In this document: one piece after another, positions 12,101-23,225 of the stretch | Layout of the letters: each line of letters begins with the position of its first letter | Numbering within the stretch: the first letter of the stretch is position 1 | Source of the DNA: Octopus bimaculoides | Lineage: Eukaryota | Assembly: GCF_001194135.2 (NCBI RefSeq) | Contig: NC_068984.1 | Coordinates: 56,002,237-56,066,236 of the forward strand | DNA length: 64,000 nucleotides | Direction of reading: 5' to 3' | Notes under the pieces: generated by a model | The model's input: only the letters and a program-made list of their open reading frames with translations | The model's database searches: none | What the model was told of the DNA's origin: nothing | Position numbers and translations under genes: made by a program

Positions 12101-12398
12101 TTCGTTGTATTTCTTTAAAAGGTAGACAGACAGACAGATAAAGATAGATATGGCTGGTTTATGGGGTTACCCTAGTTTTCATACCTAGAAATGTTCAGCT
12201 TTACAGCATTTCTTCAATGCTAAAACCCATAAGCCAATGGGATTTAGGGTCTGAAGATTTACTGTAAAGTTGTGAGCTTTATGGATGTGAAACCCAGGGT
12301 AACCCCATAGACCACCATATCTATTTTTATCTATATACTCCACTACCGTATAATTTAGAGTGTGCTTCATTTTTAGATTTATGATTTACTGACAATAT

Positions 12399-12830
12399 AT
12401 CATCATCCTCATCGTTTAACGTCTGCTTTCCATGCTAGCATGGATTGGATGATTTGACTGAGGACTGGTGAACCAGATGGTTACACCAGGGTATATATAT
12501 ATAGATATATATAGATATATCATCATTTAACGTCCGGTGTCCATGCTGGCATGGGTTGGACAGTTTAACCGAGGCTACACCAGACTCCAGCCTGATTTGG
12601 CATGGTTTCTACAGCTGGATGCCCTTCCTAATGCCAACCACTCCAAGAGTGAAATGGGTGCTTTTACATGCCGGTTGTGTGACACCAGTATCTGTCATGA
12701 CTACGATTTCACTGGGCTTGTTGGGTTTCAAGCACGGCATATTGCCAAAGGTCTCAGTTATTTGTCATTGCATCCATGAGGCCCAATGCTCAAAAGGTGC
12801 TTTTCACATGCCACTGGCATAGCTGCTAGT
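12399..12830 (-). mobile_element. Two family C fragments (12399-12490 tail only; 12520-12830)
   Basis: Repeated CATCATCGTTTAACGTC tails and body motif. Confidence 0.8.
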
Positions 12831-12852
12831 TATGCGTCACCAGAATTGGCTA

Positions 12853-13183
12853 TCACTTCGCCTTACTGGCACTTGTGCCAGTGGTATGTGAACAAAACAT
12901 TGGACTGACTCCTGTGCAGGTGGCACATAAAAAAACACCATTTGAGTGTGGCCGTTGCCAGTACTGCCAGACTGGCCCTTGTGCCGGTGGCATGTAAAAA
13001 GCACCCACTACATTCTCGGAATGGTTGGCGTTAGGAAGGGCATCCAGGTGTAGAAACTCTGCCAGATCAGATTGGAGTCTGATGTAGCCTTCGGGTTCCA
13101 CCAGTCCTCAGTCAAATCGTCCAACCCATGCTAGCATGGAAAGCAAACGTTAAATGATGATGATGATGATGATGATGATGATA
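12853..13183 (+). mobile_element. Family C copy, inverted relative to 12520-12830
   Basis: GGTTGGCGTTAGGAAGGGCATCC..GTTAAATGATGATG tail. Confidence 0.85.
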
Positions 13184-13499
13184 ATGGTGTGTGTGTATAT
13201 ACATATATATACATATATGTGAGTGTGAGTGTGTGTGTACACACCAACCCATGCACACACCCATGCACTCACATTTAATTTGCAACTGAAGCTGTGGAAA
13301 AAGCTTTAAGGTAGCTTTGGATTAAGAGTTGATCTTTGGACTGTTGCTGTTGCAATGCAAGCCAGAATCTGATCAACTCCTGCTGGGTCTGGACAAGGTA
13401 TCATCTGATTACATCAATGACGATCTGTCCTAGTTCTTAGATGAACTGGTCATGAATTAGGTATCTTGCACATACCTGTCTGTGTGTGTATTTTCTCTT

Positions 13500-13700
13500 T
13501 TTCTTCTTGTTTCAGTCACTTGAGTGTAGCCATATTGGAGCATCAACTTGAAGGATGTAATCAAACAAGTTGACCCCAGCAATAATAGTTTTTTTTCAGC
13601 CTGGTACTTATTTTGTCAATCACAGTTTTAGCTGAGCTGCTAAGTTTCAGAAATGTAAATAAACCAACACTGGTTGTCAAGTAGTGGTGGGTGACAAACA
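13500..13700 (-). mobile_element. SINE family A 3' half
   Basis: CTTGTTTCAGTCA..GGTACTTATT..GGTTGTCAAG match. Confidence 0.65.
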
Positions 13701-14179
13701 CACACACACACACACATACACACAGAGATATATCACATGCACATACACACAAATAAACACACACAAGGACTGTACACCTGTACACACACACACAAACACA
13801 TGCCTATATTTACATTATTCTTTTATTCTTATTCATTTATTCTTTTTACTAAAACTGTCATTAGACTGTAACATACAAAAATTTTAATCAATTATTCTAT
13901 ATATCATCCACAGTATTTAATCTATTTATATTAGCATTCTCTGTTCATCAAATGACTGAGTTAAACTATTTTTTAGTGAATAACTTCTCTTTAGTAAAAT
14001 AAAGTACTTTTATCAGTATAGAGAAACACAGACACATATGTGCACATACATCCACACGTGTATGTGTACGTGTATGTTAGAGTAAACATAAACAAATACA
14101 TATGCATGTGTATACATATTTTTCCTTTCAAATCTCACCAACCATCAAATAAAAATGAAGGAGCCTTGGATAGTATAGT

Positions 14180-14460
14180 TCAAGGTCCGCTCCCCAAAAA
14201 TATGATTGGACAGCAATAGTAAAAATCGACAGGTTGCTGGTATTTATAGAGCGCTAAACACTTTCGGTACGCAAATTAGGGACTTCTTCATAGAGTAACT
14301 GTTGAGTATATAGACAGTTTGATTGCTTCTTTCACTGGAGATTGTCAAAATGATGTGGATGCCTCTGATGAGAACCCAAAAAGGTTTGAAAATCAATTAA
14401 GGTTGTTCATCATTTTTTCAGTCTGCAGAGAAATGGCTAAAATTTGCCGTTTATAATTAT
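14180..14460 (+). mobile_element. Possible Penelope-like terminal-repeat remnant hosting a hammerhead
   Basis: Contains the hammerhead at 14347-14416 and a decayed antisense look-alike near 14245-14295. The Penelope link is inferred from the known association of such motifs with Penelope-like elements. Confidence 0.35.
14347..14416 (+). ncRNA. Type I hammerhead ribozyme motif, near intact
   Basis: Stem I GCCT/AGGT plus distal AAAATGATG/CATCATTTT; core CTGATGA 14365-71; stem II GAACC/GGTTT with loop CAAAAA; GAAA 14388-91; stem III AA/TT with loop TCAA; UUA cleavage triplet 14397-99. Confidence 0.7.
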
Positions 14461-14480
14461 ACTATATGTTACGTGTGTAT

Positions 14481-14481
14481 G

Positions 14482-14560
<79 letters not shown>
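14481..14560. repeat. (TA)n(GA)n microsatellite
   Basis: Directly visible. Confidence 0.95.
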
Positions 14561-14562
<2 letters not shown>

Positions 14563-14658
14563 ACAAACTGAGGAAAAGAAATCCTTCAAAGGGGTGTGTA
14601 AAACATCCAATTCACTGGTATGTCAGTTGAATTCCATATAAACATTGGTATAATGCAA

Positions 14659-15119
14659 ATATAAAGATAAATTAAATAGAGAGATACTATTGACAATCCA
14701 ATATTATAATATTACAGGATATGCTATGAATATAATATAACATAATATTATATAATATAAACAATTATTAAAAGAACATAAAAGGCCAACAAATTGTTTC
14801 GACATATATATTTTTTTCTGATATATATAAATAATAACAGTTCCCTTATGTATAAAGTCACTTCTGGGTCATGGTTTTGTCTATTTTTAAATCATGACCC
14901 TGAAGTGACTCTATATATAAGGGAACTGTTATTATGTATGTATATCAGAAAAAATATATATAAGTCGAAAATTTGTTGGCCTTTTATGTTTTCTTTAATA
15001 ATTGTTTATGTCATATAATATTATGTTATGTTATATTATATTCATAGTATTTCCTGTAATATTATAATGTAAATAAATTATTGGATCGTCAATAGTATCT
15101 GTTTAATTTATCTTTATAT
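14659..15119. mobile_element. About 460-bp fold-back (long inverted repeat) element
   Basis: Arms of about 220 bp pair almost throughout around an 11-nt loop (14878-14888); TA-rich flanks; no coding capacity. Confidence 0.8.
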
Positions 15120-15150
15120 ATATATATATATATAAATGATATAATATATA

Positions 15151-15950
15151 CACAAGGTGTGATGAATAAACTGTCATCTAAATTACTCAAAAGTGAAAAT
15201 AACACTGACATCTCATTTCAACATATTTATTTACCAAAATTACATGAAAATATTGGGTCATCCCATAAATAATGCAGTTTTTTTCAATTGCATGAACTAA
15301 AATCTGAAGGTTACGGGATAAACTGCCTGCATCAACTTGCTATACAAGCAGGGAGTAATTTTACCTTGTACTTATTCTTAGTGTAAGTTTTAAAGAGTGT
15401 AGTTTGATTCTAACAGTTATTTTTTCAAAGCTATAATGGAAGTGACAAAGGAGCATATTCGGCATATTTTGCTTTATGAGTTCAATAAAGACAAGAACAC
15501 AATGGAAAATGCAAGCAATATTAATGTAGTATATGGGTATCAGACAATAAGCATAAACCAGTGTCAATGGTGGTTTTAGAAATTCTGAGCCAGAAACTAC
15601 AGCCTAGCAGACAAGACTCATCCTGGCATAATGTCACCACTTCTAGTGATCACTCCAAACACCATGATGTTGATCAGATGTTTGATTTTTATCAATCTCG
15701 ATATATGTCCTCAGATTGATACCCAAACACTCTGAAATATTCGTATTGAAGCTTCTGGTGCGAATGCCAAGCAGTACAGCATGTCATTTTCAAATTTCTG
15801 GCAGAGTGAATTGTGTCATGGTGCTGTTTTCCTTACAGATGGTGCCCACCTGACCCTACTATACTGTGTAGTTGAGAAAATTAAAAACAAACAATGCACA
15901 TGCATGAAATTAAAAATATGAAATGGTGACAATTTACCCATCACAATCTG
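15151..15950 (-). mobile_element. Internally deleted maT (DD37D) element with nested mariner fragment
   Basis: Both ends match 32238-33086; imperfect TIRs CACAAGGTGTGATGAATAAACTGTCA / TGACAATTTACCCATCACAATCTG; TA flanks. Confidence 0.8.
15253..15626 (+). mobile_element. Mariner 5' fragment: TIR plus transposase N-terminal HTH
   Basis: TA-TTGGGTCATCCCATAAATAATGC end; from ATG 15436 MEVTKEHIRHILLYEFNKDKNTMENASNINVVYGYQTISINQCQWWF*KF*ARNYSLADKTHPG, typical of the mariner HTH region. Confidence 0.85.
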
Positions 15951-15970
15951 TATATATATACATATATATA

Positions 15971-16365
15971 GGTGCAGGTGTGGCTGTGCAGGTGTGGCTG
16001 TGCAGGTGTGGCTGTGCAGGTGTAGCTGTGCAGTAGGAAGCTTGCTTCCCAACCACATGGTTTTAGGTTCAATCCTACTGCAAAGGTATCCTTATTATAG
16101 CCTCAGGCAGACCAACGGTTTGTGAGTAGATTTGGTAGGCAGAAACTGGAAGAATCCCATTGTGCGTGTGCGTCTTTGTGTCAGTGTTTTTCCCCCACCA
16201 CTGCTTGACAACTGGTGTTGGTGTGTTTACATACAAATAACTTAGCAGTTCAGTAAAAGAGACGAATAGAATAAGTGCCAGGTTTTAAAAAAAAACATAA
16301 TTACTGAGGTCAATAATTCAACTACAAAATATTCTTCAAGGGAGCGCCCCAGCATGGATGCAGAC
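15971..16365 (+). mobile_element. SINE family A copy with 4x 14-bp head duplication
   Basis: TGCAGGTGTGGCTG x4 at 15973-16028, then family A body. Confidence 0.8.
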
Positions 16366-16409
16366 TATGCATGTATATATGATGATGATGATGATGATGA
16401 TATACATAC

Positions 16410-16458
<49 letters not shown>

Positions 16459-16955
16459 ATAAAGGGCATTAACTGTGTAGTAATGCCTCACGCTTCGAGG
16501 GACTTAAATAAGTCAAAAACTACAAAAAAATANNNNNNNNNNNNNNNNNNNNNNNNNNNNNNNNNNNNNNNNNNNNNNNNNNNNNNNNNNNNNNNNNNNN
16601 NNNNNNNNNNNNNNNNNNNNNNNNNNNNNNNNNNNNNNNNNNNNNNNNNNNNNNNNNNNNNNNNNNNNNNNNNNNNNNNNNNNNNNNNNNNNNNNNNNNN
16701 NNNNNNNNNNNNNNNNNNNNNNNNNNNNNNNNNNNNNNNNNNNNNNNNNNNNNNNNNNNNNNNNNNNNNNNNNNNNNNNNNNNNNNNNNNNNNNNNNNNN
16801 NNNNNNNNNNNNNNNNNNNNNNNNNNNNNNNNNNNNNNNNNNNNNNNNNNNNNNNNNNNNNNNNNNNNNNNNNNNNNNNNNNNNNNNNNNNNNNNNNNNN
16901 NNNNNNNNNNNNNNNNNNNNNNNNNNNNNNNNNNNNNNNNNNNNNNNNNNNNNNN

Positions 16956-17330
16956 TCTGTCATTAGACTGCGGCCATGCTGGAGCACTGCTTTTAGTCGA
17001 ACAAATCGACCCCAGGACTTATTCTTTGTAAGCCTAGTGTTTATTCTATCGATATCTTTGCCAAGCTGCTGAGTTATGGGGGTGTAAACACACCAGTATC
17101 GGTTGTCAAGGGATGGTTTAGGGACAAACACAGACACACAAACACACACACACACACACATATATACAACAGGCTTCTTTCAGTTTCCATCTACCAAATT
17201 AACTCACAAGGCTTTGGTTGGTCCGAGGCTATAGTAGAAGACACTTGCCCAAGGTGCCAAGCAGTGTGACTGAACCGGGAGCCATGTGGTTGGGAAGCAA
17301 GCTTCTTACCACACAACCACTCCTACACCT
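16956..17330 (-). mobile_element. SINE family A copy
   Basis: Near full-length reverse-complement match. Confidence 0.85.
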
Positions 17331-17344
17331 CTCTCTCTCTCTCT

Positions 17345-17535
17345 CTTTCTCTTCTCTCCTTGTTTCTTTCTGTGTTCCTTTCTGTGGAAGAGCATAGGCT
17401 CAAAACGTTAAAGCCTTTTTCAATTCCCGAGCGTTATACTAATACATCTATTTGTTTTCTACACCACCTGTCTTCATCTGTTGCTTTTTTGTGAATTCTC
17501 CCTATATATATATAGGGAGAATTCACAAAAAAAAC
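17345..17535 (+). mobile_element. Repeat with hammerhead-like core (family H2) and terminal palindrome
   Basis: Homologous to 59892-60120 (minus); CTTT-CTGTGGA-A-GAGC-ATAG-GCTC-AAAAC-GTT-AAAG at 17378-17413. Confidence 0.6.
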
Positions 17536-18149
17536 ATGGGTGTGTTTGCATACAGTCACATACTCAGAAAAGAAAACAAACATATTCACATAGCCATAAA
17601 TGTGCATTTAAACATGGTATAGTAATAGAAATGAGAATACTTAATCACATACATATGGTTAGTATACATATATTCATCTCAAACATTTACTATTACTTTA
17701 GTAATACAGTAACTAAATTAAGAAGTACTAATTATGCATGTAGTATATGCACCAATGTGGTGTGTGTGTGTGTGTGTGTGTTGTAATTTAGCTTAGCTAT
17801 GTGCAGATCAAGCTGACCTTTAGTCAAAGAAATTCTAGCAATGACCATCTTTAGTTTTCAGGAAGTAAATCTATAACCATGTTATTCGACGATTCCTCCC
17901 ATTTTCTAAGATGTGATTTGCATAGATATGTCTTACCATACGTTGTATATCAAAATTACCACAGTGTGGTTCCATAGCTAGTTCCTCTATCTAATAGCTA
18001 TGTATCTTAAGCACTGAAAAGATAAATATCTTACATTTCAAATAGATAAGCATAAGAAAATAAGTGTGTTGGCTATGTCTGCATCTTTATTACAAATATA
18101 TATTAGTATGTATTGTAAAATAATGTGGGTATGTGTATGTATGTGTGCA

Positions 18150-18214
<65 letters not shown>

Positions 18215-18643
18215 NNNNNNNNNNNNNNNNNNNNNNNNNNNNNNNNNNNNNNNNNNNNNNNNNNNNNNNNNNNNNNNNNNNNNNNNNNNNNNNNNNNNNN
18301 NNNNNNNNNNNNNNNNNNNNNNNNNNNNNNNNNNNNNNNNNNNNNNNNNNNNNNNNNNNNNNNNNNNNNNNNNNNNNNNNNNNNNNNNNNNNNNNNNNNN
18401 NNNNNNNNNNNNNNNNNNNNNNNNNNNNNNNNNNNNNNNNNNNNNNNNNNNNNNNNNNNNNNNNNNNNNNNNNNNNNNNNNNNNNNNNNNNNNNNNNNNN
18501 NNNNNNNNNNNNNNNNNNNNNNNNNNNNNNNNNNNNNNNNNNNNNNNNNNNNNNNNNNNNNNNNNNNNNNNNNNNNNNNNNNNNNNNNNNNNNNNNNNNN
18601 NNNNNNNNNNNNNNNNNNNNNNNNNNNNNNNNNNNNNNNNNNN

Positions 18644-18683
<40 letters not shown>

Positions 18684-18689
18684 CATACA

Positions 18690-18741
<52 letters not shown>

Positions 18742-19059
18742 CGTATATATATATACATACACATACACACACATCTACATATATACCATATATACATACA
18801 TATGGATGGATGGACGGACAGACAGACATTAAAAAGTTACTCTTTCGAATGTGATATCGTAACAGTTAACCATTGTTTAGAACTAACAAACCTCATATAA
18901 ATCCATGTATATCTAACTTCAAATGGGATTATTAAATATAATTTGTCCTAAGATATTCATTTAGAATTCTAAACATTTGAATATATTACAGAGTTTATAT
19001 CTGAGAACAAAATAATACACAGCATTTAGCAAAGATGTTACAATAAAAAGTTTAACCAA

Positions 19060-19079
19060 ATCTATTTTATTCTCTTCTC

Positions 19080-19122
<43 letters not shown>

Positions 19123-19187
19123 TACACATATACAAACATATATACATAAATATATGTACATATACATACAGATACACACACACACAT

Positions 19188-19218
<31 letters not shown>

Positions 19219-19262
19219 CAATCACACATACAAACATATATACATGAATATATATATATGCA

Positions 19263-19296
<34 letters not shown>

Positions 19297-19660
19297 CATA
19301 TATATATACATATATGTATACACATACATACATATATATATACACACACATACATATATATATATTTATATTTATATATACATACACACACATATATACT
19401 TACACATATACATATATACATGCATACATACATACATACATATGCTTGTATATAAATACATAAACTAACTCCGATACCTATAGTGCAACTGATACTTTCA
19501 TTCATATGAAAGTATACATGTGTGTATGAATGTGTGTGTGTGTACACACACACACATGCACACACACGTGCACACACACATACACACAGATATATATTTG
19601 CATATGTGTATATGTATGTGTGTGCGTGAATGTGGGTGTGTGCATGTGTATGTGTTTGTT
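19060..19660. repeat. Complex AT/AC low-complexity tract
   Basis: Directly visible; explains ORFs between 19062 and 19762. Confidence 0.95.
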
Positions 19661-20233
19661 AATATATATATAAACATAATATTTTTCATACATCAGTTTG
19701 CTATATGTTATGCATGTGTTTATGTATAAGGAATAATTGTTTATAATGTTGCTATTATGCAAATCAGTAGATTACATGCAAATTAATTAAAGGTTTTAGC
19801 TAGAAATTATTCCTATATTCTCTTGGTGACTAAGTGATCCCTACATGAAAACCTTTTTTTTTTTTCTCATTTTCATATTTCTAGTTTTATTTGTGTTTTT
19901 CTTCTCTTTCGCTGATAAAAGAAATACCACCTTGTAAGTGCAAGTGTTGGTGTGTGTGTGTGTGTGTTGGTGTGTGTGTGTGTGTGTTGGTGTGTGTGTG
20001 TGTTTGTGTATGTGTGTTTGTGTTTGCAATTGAGTATGTTTGTTCTTAAAAGCAACTGTCTTGAAATCAATTATTTCTTTGTAATATAAACAAAAGGCTG
20101 AATATTTTCAAGATACACACACACATATGTATGTATGTATATATGTATGTATGTTTGTATGTATAAGTATATGTATTATACATACTTATCCATCCAGATG
20201 CATGCACATAAAACTGAGCATCACTATTGTATG

Positions 20234-20383
20234 CTATGCTTCTGCCTGTGAAAAAAGCGACATATACGGAAACCTGGCCTCAATATCTTCCACTCCTGTC
20301 TTTCCTTTGATTATGGTGACATTCTCCTCTGCTTGCTTGATGTTACAGCTTCTTGTTGCTAAGCAACTTGGCAGTTGAATCAT
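20234..20383 (-). CDS. Short ORF (49 aa), possible uORF or first coding segment
   Basis: MIQLPSCLATRSCNIKQAEENVTIIKGKTGVEDIEARFPYMSLFSQAEA*, in-frame stop upstream, unique sequence. Confidence 0.2.
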   Translation of the reverse strand: MIQLPSCLATRSCNIKQAEENVTIIKGKTGVEDIEARFPYMSLFSQAEA

Positions 20384-20479
20384 TCCTGCCTCCTGTTGTC
20401 TGTTGTGAGAAGCTCAATAATTTATGTTTTTCCAGTCCACTGAGGACTTGATCAGTCAACCAGCTCCTTCACCCTCGAC

Positions 20480-20620
20480 TCCAGCAGCTATCAGCAGCAA
20501 TAGCAACAATAACAGCAGCAGCAGCAGCAGCAATAACAGATGCAGCAGCAGCAGCAGCAACAGTAGTGGCAACAGTAGCAGTCGGAACAAACACAGCAGC
20601 AACAACAGCAACACTATAGG
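20480..20620. repeat. Imperfect (CAG/CAA)n trinucleotide tract
   Basis: Directly visible. Confidence 0.9.
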
Positions 20621-20686
20621 AATGGATTTACAAGAGTGCATCATAATTTAATTATGTTTAATTATTTCTCAATAATTCTCACCCAC

Positions 20687-20807
20687 CTTCCCAGACAACT
20701 ATTTCTGGTTACTGGAATAGCAGGCATTCCTATGATTGGAATGCTGACTTAATGGCGAAAATCCTTCACCAAATCTATACACAGCTTTCGCACTGATCAC
20801 TTCCTTT
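20687..20807 (-). other. Candidate exon (121 nt) with possible start codon
   Basis: About 50-nt polypyrimidine tract ending CCCTCTAG|; donor AAG|GTGGGT; ATG at 20727 gives MPAIPVTRNSCLG(R/S) with an upstream in-frame TAA. Confidence 0.45.
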
Positions 20808-21341
20808 CTAGAGGGAAAAGAAGAAAAAGAAGAAAGGGAAAAAGAAAAGCAAAGAAAAGACATCCCCAGATATAGAAAGGAACAACAGTGGTTGCTGAAA
20901 GTTCCGGAAAGGATTTCTTAATTGATGCTATTCTTTTCGGTAATTACATTTTCGTCAACAACATATCAAGCAGACTAACTAGTACACATAGATATAAACA
21001 CACATATACATACACGCACATATATATTTGTAATATATTTTTATATATGTATATATATACATATATGTGTGTACATTGAACACAGTGATACAGATTGAAT
21101 CTGATTCTGAATACAAATATTTATAAATATATCAGCTAGATAATCAGAAATTTTCTTTGGAATCAAAAATTTGCTTCTGGTTTAATACCAGTCTAACATG
21201 TGAATAGAAAGTGAAACTAAGGAAGAGACAACAGACTCAAAGGAAAAACTGGAAAACCAGCAGCAACAAAAGAAGGTAGCTAGTTGTTCGTGAAAGAATC
21301 AACAGCAGAGTGTAGGATTTTCCTATATCTGAAGAACTTAC

Positions 21342-21361
21342 ATGCTTAAAAAAACCGGTGT
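21342..21361 (-). other. Candidate 20-nt microexon (non-coding)
   Basis: Long pyrimidine tract ..TATACTAACAG|ACACCGGTTTTTTTAAGCAT|GTAAGT. Confidence 0.35.
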
Positions 21362-21858
21362 CTGTTAGTATAGTATAAGGTCCAGTAAAGTAAGAGAAAG
21401 ACAGAAGAAAAAAAATTCTAAAAGAAATTCATTAATTATAATATATTTATAATTATATATATATATATCAAAGGATAAAACTTGAGTTAGCAAAGGGACA
21501 TCATCACTAACAACAATAACAAGAACAACACCAAAACCAGCAGCAACGAAAATCAAAATCCTCAAGAACAAGAAAAACAGCAACAACAACAATAACTACA
21601 TCAACAATCATCACTCCATTTATTGCTGAAGAAAATCAGGGCTAGAAACAAGTTTGCCTGTGTAAAGCATTCATCTCACACAGCATGGAGCGGAAAGCCC
21701 CTCCAGCTAACGCACAACAGATTCCACCAGAACAAGTAAATAAATCACATTTTCTTACTAATGTTTGAGATTGGGTAGTTGTTTGTAGTGTTTGGAAAAG
21801 AAAAAAATACATGAAAGAAAGAAACACCAACTATCTTGGTTCTTAATCATGTTACAAC

Positions 21859-21894
<36 letters not shown>

Positions 21895-21924
21895 CATATA
21901 TATACATAACATATATATACATAC

Positions 21925-22001
<77 letters not shown>

Positions 22002-22382
22002 TTCACACACACACAACACACATATATATGTATGTATATAATATAATGTAGTTACTGGTCAATTTTGTTTTATTTCTCTACAATTTTCTTCAAATATTTT
22101 ACTGGCATTTATTTTTCTTACCACTCCATCCATTAATGTATCTCTATGTTACCACATAATTACCCACCAACCTATCTACTGACCTACCCTACTTCCCTAA
22201 CACATCACCGAAACAACTCTCTACCTACATGCCATACCCATCGAACTGCCTGCCTTTATTTTTGTTGGTGTGTCAACCTAAAAGAGTGAGGGAAAGTAAA
22301 TATGTGTTAATGAGGGAACCTCTAAGTGGTTGCTGGCTCAACATGCTAGAAAAAGCAACCAAATCCCTCTCTCTCTCTCTTC

Positions 22383-22434
<52 letters not shown>

Positions 22435-23180
22435 TCAAGCATTTGCAATTTTCAGAAGAAAAAAAAATAACACCCTCAGGTAATGGTAGTACTAGATATA
22501 TCACTGTCTCAAACATGATGTGACTTGGAGACTGACTTGGAGAGAAACAACAACAATAACCTAGAAACAACATAGCAACCTGTTTTACTATTTATTTGTA
22601 CACAAACACATGCATACATGTATAATACATATATATACATGCAATTACATTTATATATATATACATAAATTCATACATGCATGCATACATACAGAAACAG
22701 GTAGATGAAATTCATAATAAAATCAAATTTGAAGGCAGTGTCCCAAGATGATTGAGACCTGGAGAAGGAAGCAATCCATATATACAGATATAAATGTATA
22801 TGTATATAATTTATGTATGGTAATGGATATTTATACACACACACACATACACACAAATATGCATGTGTGTGCATAAGGAAGTGGTCTAAGGAAAAGCAGG
22901 TATAAGGTGTGGTAATGAAATGGAGAGATGGACACAATGATTGCACACACAGGAAACATGAAAGAAATTTCGAAGAAAATGGAAGAGAAATAAAGTAAAT
23001 TTGTCAGCACAGTTGGAACAGAAAGATCTAAGATCATATATGTACATATACATGAATGTACATATGTATGTATATTTGTTAGTATGCATGTATGTAAGTT
23101 TGTATGTATTGCATGCATGTATGTACATACATATGAATGTGGCATTCATATATACTTTAATGCAAAGGTGTGTATATGTG

Positions 23181-23225
<45 letters not shown>

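Noticed and set aside
14240-14295. Antisense hammerhead look-alike (ATGAAGA..CCGAAAG)
   Set aside because: C3 is lost and stems I and II do not pair convincingly.
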